Of a DNA stretch of 64,000 nucleotides, positions 54,746 to 64,000 are shown piece after piece. The notes below the pieces were generated by a model. The model was not told the DNA's origin, made no database searches, and saw only the letters and a program-made list of their open reading frames with translations. The position numbers and the translations under genes were made by a program. The DNA is from an uncultured Phycisphaerales bacterium. Its GTDB lineage: Bacteria; Planctomycetota; Phycisphaerae; Sedimentisphaerales; Anaerobacaceae. The number at the start of each line of letters is the position of its first letter. The first letter of the stretch is position 1. Location of the stretch: NCBI GenBank assembly GCA_963772725.1, contig CAVYYI010000003.1, positions 256,001-320,000 of the forward strand. The letters are read 5' to 3'.

Positions 54746-54925
54746 GTCTTATAATATTTGTGTGTATATAATTAATTGACGATGCGCACTTAACAATCCT
54801 TAGTTGAGCGCCGTAAATTCTTTTTCTTGAGTAATCAAAAATGGGAAGCAAGACGTATAAACTATTGCAAAATAAGCAGATACAACTGTTGTGTTGAAAA
54901 ATTTCGGCAGGAAAAATCGGCTTTA

Positions 54926-55474
54926 TTATCGCCATGTAACGGGGTAATAAATTGCATTTGATGGGATATCAAACTTTCTGTACAACTCTTCTACAAGAGC
55001 CTCAGTTCTCTTAACCTGAGAGTCGGTTGGAAATGTTATTTTGTCATCAGCTATTACACAGATTCTGATAGTCTGGTCGCTGCCGCGTACTTTTTTGGCT
55101 GGCAGGACTGACCACTGATTTTCCCATTTTTTCGTCTGCATTATCTGACCATCGGCGCCGCCCAGTCCGTTACAGATTACGAAGTGACAGTTGATATCGT
55201 CGGAATTCGCCAGCCCCCCGAGAGCAGCCAACTGTCCGATATTACCCGCCTTGGTGCCGCTGAAATAAACCTCGATGCTGTTCCATCGTGATGGTGACTG
55301 AACAGCATGCGAGCTGATTGCCTTGTTAATAGGATCGAGCCGATAATAAGCGCTCAGACAAAACGGACCCGCTGAAGGGGGATTATTACCAAGTGCCAGA
55401 AGAACCACAGCTCCTGTGGTCATTGACACCAACAACGCCGCCAAAACCTTAGCCACTCTTGGCTGATTTTTCAT
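54926..55474 (-). CDS. Degenerate Amidase_2/PGRP-fold protein
   Basis: W..IEVYFS, HFVICNG.GG.DGQI..T.KW..Q, IRICVIAD, PT.SQ. Confidence 0.65.
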   Translation of the reverse strand: MKNQPRVAKVLAALLVSMTTGAVVLLALGNNPPSAGPFCLSAYYRLDPINKAISSHAVQSPSRWNSIEVYFSGTKAGNIGQLAALGGLANSDDINCHFVICNGLGGADGQIMQTKKWENQWSVLPAKKVRGSDQTIRICVIADDKITFPTDSQVKRTEALVEELYRKFDIPSNAIYYPVTWR

Positions 55475-55550
55475 AAATTTATTTCTGAAGACCTTTCTAA
55501 AAACAAGAAGTAAATAAGACTGAAAGGGTTGCTCCCTTTATATAATGGAC

Positions 55551-55577
55551 ATCGGCGGTTGCCAACTAATTACTTAA
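55551..55577 (-). promoter_or_regulatory. Sigma-28-type promoter candidate
   Basis: TTAAG-N16-GCCGAT upstream of the amidase-like gene. Confidence 0.5.
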
Positions 55578-55749
55578 CATTTTATCATTTTTTTTTAATT
55601 TTTTTTCAATCGAGCTAATAACTGACTGTATAGAAGGAAAGTTTAAATAACATTTGATGAAATGCCAAATGAATCTGTCATTTTTTTTATCTCAACAATC
55701 CCGATGTTCCTCTTGCCAAATGCCGCCTTTTTCTTTAAGATTATCTCCG

Positions 55750-56494
55750 ATGGAACTAAAGGGCAAAACTGGGATAATCAGTGGTTCGAGCGGCCGATTG
55801 GGCGGTGCAATCGCACTGGCTCTTGCTCAGGCCGGCTGCAATTGTGTTTGCCATTATCACAGCGGCAGGCAAAAGGCCGATAAACTTGCCGAACAAATCA
55901 AAAAACTCGGCGTTAACACTATAACTGTCGGCGCCGATTTGAGCAGGCCTGAAGAAATAAAACTTTTTTTTGAAAAAGCCGCTGAATTGGGTACATCGCA
56001 GATTCTTATAAATTCTGCCGCCGTTTTTTCCCCGCCAATCTCTCGCGGAACTGACCTTTGGCGAAGCACAGAAGGTTATCACTATGAATCTGATTGTCCC
56101 GATTTTTATGAGCCGTGCATTCGCCGAAAAAATAACTGCCGCTTTTCCGAACAGCAAAACCGTCGTCGGCAAAATAATCAACATCTCGGACGTCGGAGGC
56201 ATAAGACCATGGGCCGGTTATGTCGCCTATTGCTCATCCAAAGCCGGTCTTATCGGCGCAACAAAGGCTCTGGCCAAAGAACTGTCCCCTGCGATTTGCG
56301 TCAATTCGGTCGCCCCCGGAATGGTAACCTGGCCGCAGAATTTCGACGAATCAAAAAAACAGCGGCAGCTCTCGTTAATCCCCGCCGGAAGAATTGCCGA
56401 ACCCGCCGAAATCGCCGAAGCGGTTATCTCGCTTCTCGAAAATGATTATATCACAGGCCAGGTGCTGAACGTTGACGGCGGCAGATGTATCTGA
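55750..56494 (+). CDS. SDR oxidoreductase, pteridine reductase/FolM-like (frameshift near 56035)
   Basis: SGSSGRLG, HYHS, INSA, YCSSK, VNSVAPG, ITGQVLNVDGG. Confidence 0.8.
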
Positions 56495-56529
56495 CAAAAT
56501 AATATATGAGTTAATGTAAGGGAACCACT

Positions 56530-57159
56530 GTGAAATTAAACTGGGCCACTCGAATCACACTGTTAAGGATAATACTGATAATTCCATTTGTCAGTTTTAT
56601 GCTTAAAATAAATGACCCCGACGTGAGCCTGACTCTGCGCCACCTGGCACGCTACGCTGCAGCCCTGATTTTCCTGATTATGGCCGCCAGCGATGGTGTT
56701 GATGGCTATCTCGCTCGCAGAAAAGGACAGATTACCGCGCTGGGAACATTTCTCGACCCGCTGGCCGACAAGCTCCTGATGACCTGTACCTGTTTGCTGC
56801 TCGCCTCAAAGCAGGGCAGCGTGGACGGTTTCAAACTTCCGACAACCGTTGTGGTACTGATTATCAGTAAAGATTTGCTGCTGCTGCTCGGTTTTATCAT
56901 AGTTTATTTTGTTACCTCTCAAATCAAGATTGTTCCCGTCATGGTCGGCAAAACGGCTACCTTCCTGCAGCTCGCTATGGTCGGTGGAATACTCCTGGCC
57001 CCTGAAATTTCGCATATTATCCCCTTCTGGATTTGGTTCCTCCGCGCACTCTGGTGGTCTGCCGCAGGACTGGCTATTTGGGCCGGACTTATTTACATTC
57101 GCACCGGAAGTCGCTATATTGAGGAGTTTGAGCAGAATAGAAATATGAAAAATCAGTAA
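56530..57159 (+). CDS. pgsA: CDP-alcohol phosphatidyltransferase
   Basis: DGVDGYLARR....T.LG.FLDPLADK. Confidence 0.82.
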   Translation: MKLNWATRITLLRIILIIPFVSFMLKINDPDVSLTLRHLARYAAALIFLIMAASDGVDGYLARRKGQITALGTFLDPLADKLLMTCTCLLLASKQGSVDGFKLPTTVVVLIISKDLLLLLGFIIVYFVTSQIKIVPVMVGKTATFLQLAMVGGILLAPEISHIIPFWIWFLRALWWSAAGLAIWAGLIYIRTGSRYIEEFEQNRNMKNQ

Positions 57160-57185
57160 GTGTGAATGTATTTTGAGAGATAAAA

Positions 57186-58420
57186 ATGCAATTTAGTGAA
57201 ATCCCGGAGGTACTCGAAGACCTCATGCAGGGCAAAATAATAGTTCTCGTTGACGCCGAAGACCGCGAAAACGAGGGAGATTTGGTTTGTGCCGCCGAAA
57301 AAGTTACGCCTCAAATCATCAACTTTATGGCTAAATACGGCCGCGGTCTGATTTGTCTCCCGCTCACCGCCGAAAAATGCGATGCACTCGGCCTTTATCA
57401 GCAAACAATCGATAACACCGCTCGCTTCGGAACCGCTTTTACAGTCAGCATCGACGCCGCCGAAGGAATAGCCACCGGCATCAGCGCTGCCGACCGCGCA
57501 AAAACTATCAAAACCGCCATCGCCGATAACACCAAAGCGAGCGACCTTGTCAGGCCTGGGCATATTTTCCCCCTGCGTGCAGTTGAAGGAGGCGTTTTAG
57601 TACGAGCAGGACAAACAGAAGGTTCCGTCGATTTGGCACGCCTGGCCAAACTCAAACCCGCCGCCGTCATCTGCGAAATAATGAACGAAGATGGAACTAT
57701 GGCACGCGTTCCCGAGCTGCTTGATTTCTGCGAAAAGCACGGCCTGAAAATTGCTTCGATTGCCAAACTCATCGAGTACCGCCTCCAGCGAGAGAGCCAG
57801 ATTAAACGTGTCGAATCCGTCAACCTGCCCACCGACTACGGCGATTTCAAGCTAATCGGATATGAAAGCGTAACCTCCGCTGAACCGCACCTGGCATCTG
57901 TAAAGGCGGCGTCGGAGAACTCGATAAAAATGGAAGCCCCATCGAACACGATGAGCCGATTCTCGTCCGCGTCCATTCCGAGTGTATGACCGGCGACCTA
58001 TTTCATTCCCAGCGCTGCGAGTGCGGCTTCCAACTCATATCTGCTATGAAAATGATTGAAAAAGAAGGTAAAGGCGCCGTCGTCTATCTACGCCAGGAAG
58101 GCCGCGGTATCGGAATGGCCAACAAACTCCGCGCCTACAAACTTCAGGAGCAGGGACTCGATACCATCGATGCTAATCTCAAACTCGGCTTCAGCGCCGA
58201 CAAACGCGATTACGGTATCGGTGCGCAAATCTGCCGCGACCTCGGCATCCGGAAAATTCGCATACTCACGAACAACCCCAAAAAAATAAAACGCCTCGAA
58301 GTTTACGGTATAAAAGTTGTTGAACAGATACCGCTGCGGGCTAAACCCGGCAAACATAACATCGCCTACCTGAAAACCAAAAAACTTCGTCTGGGACATA
58401 TTCTCGATGAGGATTTATAA
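57186..58420 (+). CDS. ribBA: Bifunctional DHBP synthase / GTP cyclohydrolase II (frameshift near 57900)
   Basis: [54 protein letters not shown]. Confidence 0.95.
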
Positions 58421-58423
58421 CCT

Positions 58424-58921
58424 ATGAAAACGTCCTTAATATTATCGGGGTGTATTTGCGTCGGCTTTTTGCTGTCGGGCTGTCAGTCCGGGAACTCGGC
58501 ATTATCAGGAACGGGGCAGAACATCTATGCGCCGTACTACCCCGCCAAAGCCGGTATTCTGCCTTTAAGTGAGCTTACACGTTCAGATAAGGAACAAGGC
58601 AAATCAACATTAAAAGTCTACGTCAGTCTGCGGGATTCATTCGGTTCTCAGCAGAAAAATCCGGCAATATTCAGATTTGAATTGTACGAATATGTTCAAA
58701 GAAACGCAAGGCCTAAAGGCAAACGTATTTTCACCTGGCCCGATATCGACCTGATGGAATTCCCAAAAAATAGCCAATACTGGCGAGACCATCTCAGAGC
58801 CTATGAATTCACTCTCGCTCTCGATTCCGCGGACGCGAAAAGCTATGTCCTGCAAGTTACATGCCTGTGTCTAAACGGTAAAAGGCTTTCTGACGAATCC
58901 CTCGTTAAATACTCCAATTGA
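58424..58921 (+). CDS. Hypothetical lipoprotein
   Basis: Lipobox LSGC; D.FG, FRFELY, W..HLRAY.F.L. Confidence 0.75.
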   Translation: MKTSLILSGCICVGFLLSGCQSGNSALSGTGQNIYAPYYPAKAGILPLSELTRSDKEQGKSTLKVYVSLRDSFGSQQKNPAIFRFELYEYVQRNARPKGKRIFTWPDIDLMEFPKNSQYWRDHLRAYEFTLALDSADAKSYVLQVTCLCLNGKRLSDESLVKYSN

Positions 58922-59006
58922 TTATCTTCACTCAAGGGCACAAAGACCACAAAGAAAATTTTAGACGGGGTTTAACCCTGAATTGGTACAAACCAAAAAA
59001 GAGGCT

Positions 59007-59034
59007 TTGCGTTGCGTGATTATAATGTTATAAT
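59007..59034 (+). promoter_or_regulatory. Sigma70-type promoter with extended -10
   Basis: TTGCGT-N16-TATAAT with TGn. Confidence 0.55.
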
Positions 59035-59107
59035 ACGCTTGCCATTTATTGATTATTTAACCTGTGTTAAACTGAGAGCTTGCGATTAGAATTTTAGAGG
59101 TGATAAT

Positions 59108-59860
59108 TTGACAGACGGAATGACACTTCTTGAAACAGCCGGCCTGGTAAAGAAGTATTCAGGCAGAGTTGTTGTAAACGAGGTTTCCATCAAGATAGCT
59201 CAGCGGAGCATCGTTGGGCTTCTTGGACGCAACGGCGCGGGTAAAACCACGACTTTCCGGATGACGGTCGGGATGATAACGCCTGACTCTGGGACTGTGA
59301 TTTTTGAAGGGCATGATATAACGAAGCTGCCGATGTATAAGCGGGCAAGGCTTGGGATGGGGTACCTGTCGCAGGAGCCAAGCATCTTTCAGCGTCTTAC
59401 GGTGAGGGAGAACCTCAACGCAATTTTGGAAACGATGTCACTGACCAAAGCCGAGCGCGACCGTAAGGCGGATATGCTGATTGAGCGTTTTGCTCTGACA
59501 GAGGTAGCGAACAGCCAGGGGAGATTTCTTTCCGGCGGCGAACGCAGGAAACTTGAAATCGCCAGGGCGATGGTTACAGATCCCTCGCTGATACTTCTCG
59601 ATGAGCCTTTCAGCGGAGTTGACCCGATTACGGTTGAAAGTCTTCAGGAAGAGATTCGACGGCTGGTAAATTCGGGGATAAGTATTCTGATTACCGACCA
59701 CAACGTGGAAAGGACGCTTGAGGTTGTGGATAAGGCGTATATAATCGACCACGGCAAGGTGATAGGGGCCGGGACACCGGCGGAGATTATCCGCAATGAA
59801 ACAGTGAGGAAGCATTACCTGGGCAATACCTTCGCGGGCGATGAGTTCGATGACAATTAA
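59108..59860 (+). CDS. lptB: LPS export ABC transporter ATPase
   Basis: GRNGAGKTT, LPMYKRARLG, QEPSIF, LSGGERR, LLDEPF, ITDHNV. Confidence 0.94.
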   Translation: MTDGMTLLETAGLVKKYSGRVVVNEVSIKIAQRSIVGLLGRNGAGKTTTFRMTVGMITPDSGTVIFEGHDITKLPMYKRARLGMGYLSQEPSIFQRLTVRENLNAILETMSLTKAERDRKADMLIERFALTEVANSQGRFLSGGERRKLEIARAMVTDPSLILLDEPFSGVDPITVESLQEEIRRLVNSGISILITDHNVERTLEVVDKAYIIDHGKVIGAGTPAEIIRNETVRKHYLGNTFAGDEFDDN

Positions 59861-59909
59861 AAACATTGCTTAAGAACAATTGATGCGGAAATTTTGAGGG
59901 AGTAGAAAG

Positions 59910-60443
59910 ATGCCAGAAATAGATGTTGATAAATGCCGAATAACGCGTTATCCATCTGGAGTATTGGCGAGCAGTTCCAAGCCTGTTGACAAGATTGATG
60001 ACAATATCCGCAAACTTGTGGCGAAGATGACGGATATTATGATTGAGTATAAGGGTATCGGGCTTGCGGGGCCTCAGGCAGGAGTGCCGCTTAGGATTTT
60101 TATAATCTCTCTGGACGGGACGCGGGAAAAGGTGCGGGTTTATATCAATCCGACGGTTACACCCATTGGCGAAATTGACGCGATTGAAGAGGGATGTCTT
60201 TCGGTGCCGGGAGTTTACACGAAAATCAGCAGGTATAAAAAATGCAGCGTTACGGCTACTGACCTTGAGGGCAGGGAATTTACAGAAGAAGCGGACGGAC
60301 TTTATGCCAGAGCTCTGCAGCACGAATACGACCATATCGAGGGGACGACAATTGTGAACCGGATGGGTTCGGTGGCGAAAATCGCGCATCGCAAAAAGCT
60401 GAAAAAGCTTGTGGAAGAACACGAAAAAGCCGGAGAAGGTTAG
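59910..60443 (+). CDS. def: Peptide deformylase
   Basis: GIGLAGPQ, EGCLS, QHEYDH. Confidence 0.96.
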   Translation: MPEIDVDKCRITRYPSGVLASSSKPVDKIDDNIRKLVAKMTDIMIEYKGIGLAGPQAGVPLRIFIISLDGTREKVRVYINPTVTPIGEIDAIEEGCLSVPGVYTKISRYKKCSVTATDLEGREFTEEADGLYARALQHEYDHIEGTTIVNRMGSVAKIAHRKKLKKLVEEHEKAGEG

Positions 60444-60446
60444 AAA

Positions 60447-61400
60447 ATGAAGATAGTTTATCTCGGCAGTGGGGAGTTCGGTCTTGATTGTTTGAACGGA
60501 CTTTTGCAGTCTCCGAATGGGGTGGAATTTGTTATTACACAGCCTTCGCAGCCTGCGGGGAGAGGGCAAAAAGAACGCCCGACACCTGTTGCGAAATGGG
60601 CGAAGGACAATTCTGTGCCGTTTGTGGAAACGGCTGATGTAAATAGCGCGGAGGTTGTTAAAAAGATAGCGGCGCTGGAGCCGGAACTTTTGGTGGTAAT
60701 CGCGTTTGGTCAGAAAATAGGGAAAGAGATTACGGCGATACCATGCAGAGGGGCGATAAATGTTCATTCGTCGCTTTTGCCGAAATACCGCGGCGCGGCG
60801 CCGATAAACTGGGCGATAATCAACGGTGAAAAAGAGACAGGGGTGAGTGTAATCACTGTGGCGGAAAAGATGGATGCTGGGAACATTTTGTCGCAGGCGA
60901 CAACCGCTATCGGCCAGGATGAGACAGCGGGCGAGCTTCACGACAGATTGGCAAAAATATCAGTACCGCTGCTTCTTGGAACGATAGAGAAAATCGCGGA
61001 TGGATCGGCAGTTTATACGCCGCAGGATGATTCGAAGGCGACGATGGCGAGGAAGCTGAAAAAATCGGACGGGTTTCTGGATTTTAGTGAGCCAGCGGAA
61101 ATTTTGCGGAGGAAAATACTGGGGCTTTGGCCCTGGCCGGGTGCGTCGGCGATTTATAAGGCTCAAAAAACCGGTAAATCTCTGAGAGCGGCTATTGCTG
61201 ACGCAGTGGTGATAACCAAGACAAATGCGGCTGGGGTCGTACCGGGGACTCTCGATGATGAGCTTAATGTTATTTGCGGGACAGATGCGCTTAGAATTAC
61301 GAAAATTAAGCCCTCAGGAGCGGAAGTTATGGCGTTCAGGGATTTTGTCAACGGCAGACACACCTGTCCAGGCGATATGTTTGCGAAAGTCGAGCAGTGA
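60447..61400 (+). CDS. fmt: Methionyl-tRNA formyltransferase
   Basis: TQP..PAGRG, NVHSSLLPKYRGAAPI, MDAG, PWPG. Confidence 0.96.
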   Translation: MKIVYLGSGEFGLDCLNGLLQSPNGVEFVITQPSQPAGRGQKERPTPVAKWAKDNSVPFVETADVNSAEVVKKIAALEPELLVVIAFGQKIGKEITAIPCRGAINVHSSLLPKYRGAAPINWAIINGEKETGVSVITVAEKMDAGNILSQATTAIGQDETAGELHDRLAKISVPLLLGTIEKIADGSAVYTPQDDSKATMARKLKKSDGFLDFSEPAEILRRKILGLWPWPGASAIYKAQKTGKSLRAAIADAVVITKTNAAGVVPGTLDDELNVICGTDALRITKIKPSGAEVMAFRDFVNGRHTCPGDMFAKVEQ

Positions 61401-62767
61401 TGTTGAATAAGGGACAAACGGCTCGTGCTGTGGCGAACAATGTTCTGAATGAATTTGACCGAGGAGGGGGATTTGTCAGCGGCATTTTGAATAAGTTTCT
61501 GCCGCGAACAAGCGAAAAGCAGCGGGCAACCGATTTGGTTTTGGGAACGATAAGGAATCGCGCGGCTATCGATATGGTAATCGCAAAATTCGCGGATTGT
61601 CCTATCGAGAGGATTTCGCGGAAGCTGTTAACCATAATCCGTATAGGGGCTTATGAGCTTATTTATTCACTACAGACGGGGCAGCACGCTATCGTCAACG
61701 AGGCGGTGAATAACGCGAAGATAATTGCTGGAGCGAAACAGGGGGGATTTGTTAACGCGATTTTAAGGCAGATAACGAGGCATATTAAAAATCGGGAAAT
61801 CGAATTATCGGATGAGAATCGGCAAAGAACTTTGCCGCAGAGTACTTCAAGCGGGTGTGAATTCGATACTGATATTCTGTCTGATTTTGAAAAAGCAAAG
61901 GCGGAGTATTTTAGTGAGGCTTTTTCGCTGCCGCGATGGTTAATTGAGGAGTGGCTGGGCGAATACGGGGCGGAAAAGATGCGGCAGATTTGTTTTGCGA
62001 GCAATCGCAGGCCATCGATATATATTCGGCCTAATAAACTGAGGATAACGCCGCCGGAGTTGATGGAGAAATTCAGCGATGCTGAAATTGAGTGCGGGAC
62101 GGCGGATGGTGAAATGATAAAACTGAAATCGCCGCATGCGGTCTCGGAACTTCCGGGATTTTGGGAAGGGCTTTTTTCGGTTCAGGATGTTACGGCGTCG
62201 CAGGCGGTAAGGACTTTGAAGCCTCGCGATGAGTGGAGGATTCTTGACCTTTGCGCTGCGCCGGGGACGAAAACATCGCAATTAGCGGAGATGAGCGGGG
62301 ACAGCGCGAGGATTTTCGCTACGGATGTTGACAGCACACGGCTTGAAAAAATCAAAGAGAATGTTGAGCGGCTCGGATTGAAAAGTGTCAGTGTGATTGC
62401 GTATAAGGATTTGGAAAAAATTGCCGCGACAGAACCGTTCGATTGTATTTTGCTGGATGTCCCCTGCTCGAATACTGGCGTACTATCTAAAAGGCCCGAG
62501 GTGCGAATGCGGATAACGCCGGGGGCTGTAGAGGAGTTGACGAAGATACAGAATCAGATTTTAGAAACGGCTGGTGCGATGCTAAAACCGCGGGGCGTGA
62601 TTTGCTATACGACGTGCAGCATACAACCCGCTGAAAACAGCACACTTATAAAACATTTCCTGTCGAGACATAGTAACTTCAAACTTGAGAGCGAGAGACT
62701 TATTCTGCCCTGCGCAGATGATTTCGACAACGACGGCGGGTATGTCGCACTGTTAGCGGCGAAATAA
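61397..62767 (+). CDS. rsmB: 16S rRNA m5C967 methyltransferase
   Basis: NusB-like N-domain, VQD, DLCAAPGTK, DVPCS.TG, TCS. Confidence 0.93.
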   Translation: MMLNKGQTARAVANNVLNEFDRGGGFVSGILNKFLPRTSEKQRATDLVLGTIRNRAAIDMVIAKFADCPIERISRKLLTIIRIGAYELIYSLQTGQHAIVNEAVNNAKIIAGAKQGGFVNAILRQITRHIKNREIELSDENRQRTLPQSTSSGCEFDTDILSDFEKAKAEYFSEAFSLPRWLIEEWLGEYGAEKMRQICFASNRRPSIYIRPNKLRITPPELMEKFSDAEIECGTADGEMIKLKSPHAVSELPGFWEGLFSVQDVTASQAVRTLKPRDEWRILDLCAAPGTKTSQLAEMSGDSARIFATDVDSTRLEKIKENVERLGLKSVSVIAYKDLEKIAATEPFDCILLDVPCSNTGVLSKRPEVRMRITPGAVEELTKIQNQILETAGAMLKPRGVICYTTCSIQPAENSTLIKHFLSRHSNFKLESERLILPCADDFDNDGGYVALLAAK

Positions 62768-62799
62768 AAAAGCCTCATATCAGTATTGATAACGTGAAA

Positions 62800-63000
62800 T
62801 TGGAAACTCAATCCACAGCTTTTCCACAAAATGAAGTTACGCTGTGCAAAAGATGTGAAAAACAAATTTTTTTTGTACGTAACTCCATTGCAGAAAAGAA
62901 CCTTGGCAAGTGGAAAAGAAAATTTCGAAAAAGGCCTTGATTTGTTTTTCCAAGGGCCAATAATACTGCTATTTACAATTTAATTTCTTCTATAAAGGAT
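62800..63000. other. Candidate oriC / dnaA regulatory region
   Basis: TTWTNCACA matches at 62820-62828 (+), 62843-62851 (-), 62854-62862 (-); near matches at 62809 and 62909; AT-rich tract before dnaA. Confidence 0.65.
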
Positions 63001-63007
63001 TATAGAA

Positions 63008-64000
63008 ATGCAGAGCGTAATTGCGGAAGGAACCGGAGTCGTAAGCAGGATTCATGAAATCCTTGCTGAAAATATTGGAACGCAGAAGTATAAGATATGG
63101 TTTAAGGATTCGACGAGGCTGGCGCTTGCCGACGGGTATTTGAAGATAGGCGTGCCGAACAATTTCATCGGCAACTGGCTTGAGCGTCACTTTCTTAATG
63201 ACATAAGTCACGCTGTTCAGTCAGCGACCGGCAGTAATCATAAAGTAATATTCTCGGTTGACCCGGAGTTAGGGAGCAGTCAAAAACAGATATACGCAAG
63301 TCCCGCAGAGGGGACAGCACAGAAAACGCAGCATTCGGCTCAGGGGCAGCGAGGCGAGAGATTGCCGTATGGCGGCAAAAAATTAAAATTAAGCCTTGAT
63401 ACGTTTGTAGTGGGACAATCGAATGAGCTGGCTTATAACGCGGCAAAAATGGTCGCGAGGGAAAAACAGAGTCCTTTTAATCCGCTGTTTATCCACGGAG
63501 GGTACGGGGTCGGGAAAACTCATCTCATGCAAGGGATATGCAATGAGGTAGGCAAAAGCCGGCCCGGGACTAATTGGCTATATCTTTCAGCGGAGGATTT
63601 CGCCAATCAGTTCATACTGGCCTTGAAGACAAAAAAGCTGGAGGCTTTTCGTTATCGTATGCGACGAACGGATTTGTTAGCTATTGATGACATTCACTTC
63701 CTGGCCGGTAAACCGTCAACGCAGGAAGAGTTCCTGCACACGTTTAACTCGATTGATTTGGATGGCAAGCAGGTTGTGCTTGTCTCGGACGCTCATCCGA
63801 AAATGATAGAGCAGTTGTCGGATAAGCTGGTTAATCGATTTATCTCCGGTATGGTTGTCAAGATTGAGACGCCGGACTTTCAGACACGCTGCCGGATTTG
63901 TGAGCAGTTCGCCGCGTCGATGGGTAAGCATGTGCCGGAGAGCGTGATTAGATATATCGCGGAGCATTTGCGCTCTAATGTGCGCGAGCTGGAAGGGGCG
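63008..64000 (+). CDS. dnaA: Chromosomal replication initiator, runs off window end
   Basis: Manual translation: FVVGQSNELA, FNPLFIHGGYGVGKTHL, IDDIHFL, TQEEFLHTFN, SNVRELEGA. Confidence 0.96.
   Translation, partial: MQSVIAEGTGVVSRIHEILAENIGTQKYKIWFKDSTRLALADGYLKIGVPNNFIGNWLERHFLNDISHAVQSATGSNHKVIFSVDPELGSSQKQIYASPAEGTAQKTQHSAQGQRGERLPYGGKKLKLSLDTFVVGQSNELAYNAAKMVAREKQSPFNPLFIHGGYGVGKTHLMQGICNEVGKSRPGTNWLYLSAEDFANQFILALKTKKLEAFRYRMRRTDLLAIDDIHFLAGKPSTQEEFLHTFNSIDLDGKQVVLVSDAHPKMIEQLSDKLVNRFISGMVVKIETPDFQTRCRICEQFAASMGKHVPESVIRYIAEHLRSNVRELEGA

Noticed and set aside
2700..58000. Mass pseudogenisation or programmed frameshifting (lpxC, pth, rplY, prs, mnmG, mraY, murF, ribBA and others)
   Set aside because: Single-base indels hit essential genes, often at short homopolymers, without accumulated in-frame stops or a shared slippery motif; best explained as long-read consensus error
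657..60941. Long antisense ORFs in the track (657-1478, 7396-8100, 8120-8788, 59787-60941)
   Set aside because: Shadows of well-supported genes on the opposite strand, with no recognisable motifs
1..64000. CRISPR array or rRNA
   Set aside because: No regularly spaced 23-47-nt repeats and no rRNA signature found

Overview
64 kb of bacterial chromosome, most likely Planctomycetota (Phycisphaerae/Sedimentisphaerales-like; inferred from gene content and protein style, not from a search). It ends in dnaA with a DnaA-box cluster upstream (candidate oriC). In order: (1) a long minus-strand housekeeping run (candidate structured RNA, tRNA-Gln, glmU, prs, rplY, pth, rpsF, ssb, rpsR, rplI, dnaB, bamA, skp, lpxD, lpxC-fabZ fusion, lpxA, GnnA-like oxidoreductase); (2) a PadR/membrane-protein module, surA-like gene, acpS, hicBA, mnmG; (3) an accessory patch with a duplicated promoter plus N-terminus; (4) a ~16 kb surface-glycan cluster (GDP-heptose enzymes, Cj1427-like 4-dehydrogenase, ColD-like 3-dehydratase, Fcl-like reductase, split transketolase, B12 radical SAM, GT-C/FGE fusion) whose last gene is cleanly interrupted by a complete IS66 with an 8-bp TSD; (5) atypical B12-binding protein, EEP and DUF4056 lipoproteins, cdaA/cdaR, mraY-murF-murE-rpmH, tRNA-His, pilT, NUDIX/ASCH, pgsA, ribBA, lptB, def, fmt, rsmB. 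Many essential genes carry single-base frameshifts, most simply explained as long-read assembly indels. The most promising leads are the unnamed ~165-nt structured RNA upstream of tRNA-Gln, the predicted 3-deoxy-heptose/GT-C glycosylation pathway, a small sigma-28-type promoter set, and local GC-skew flips at repeat-bearing junctions.
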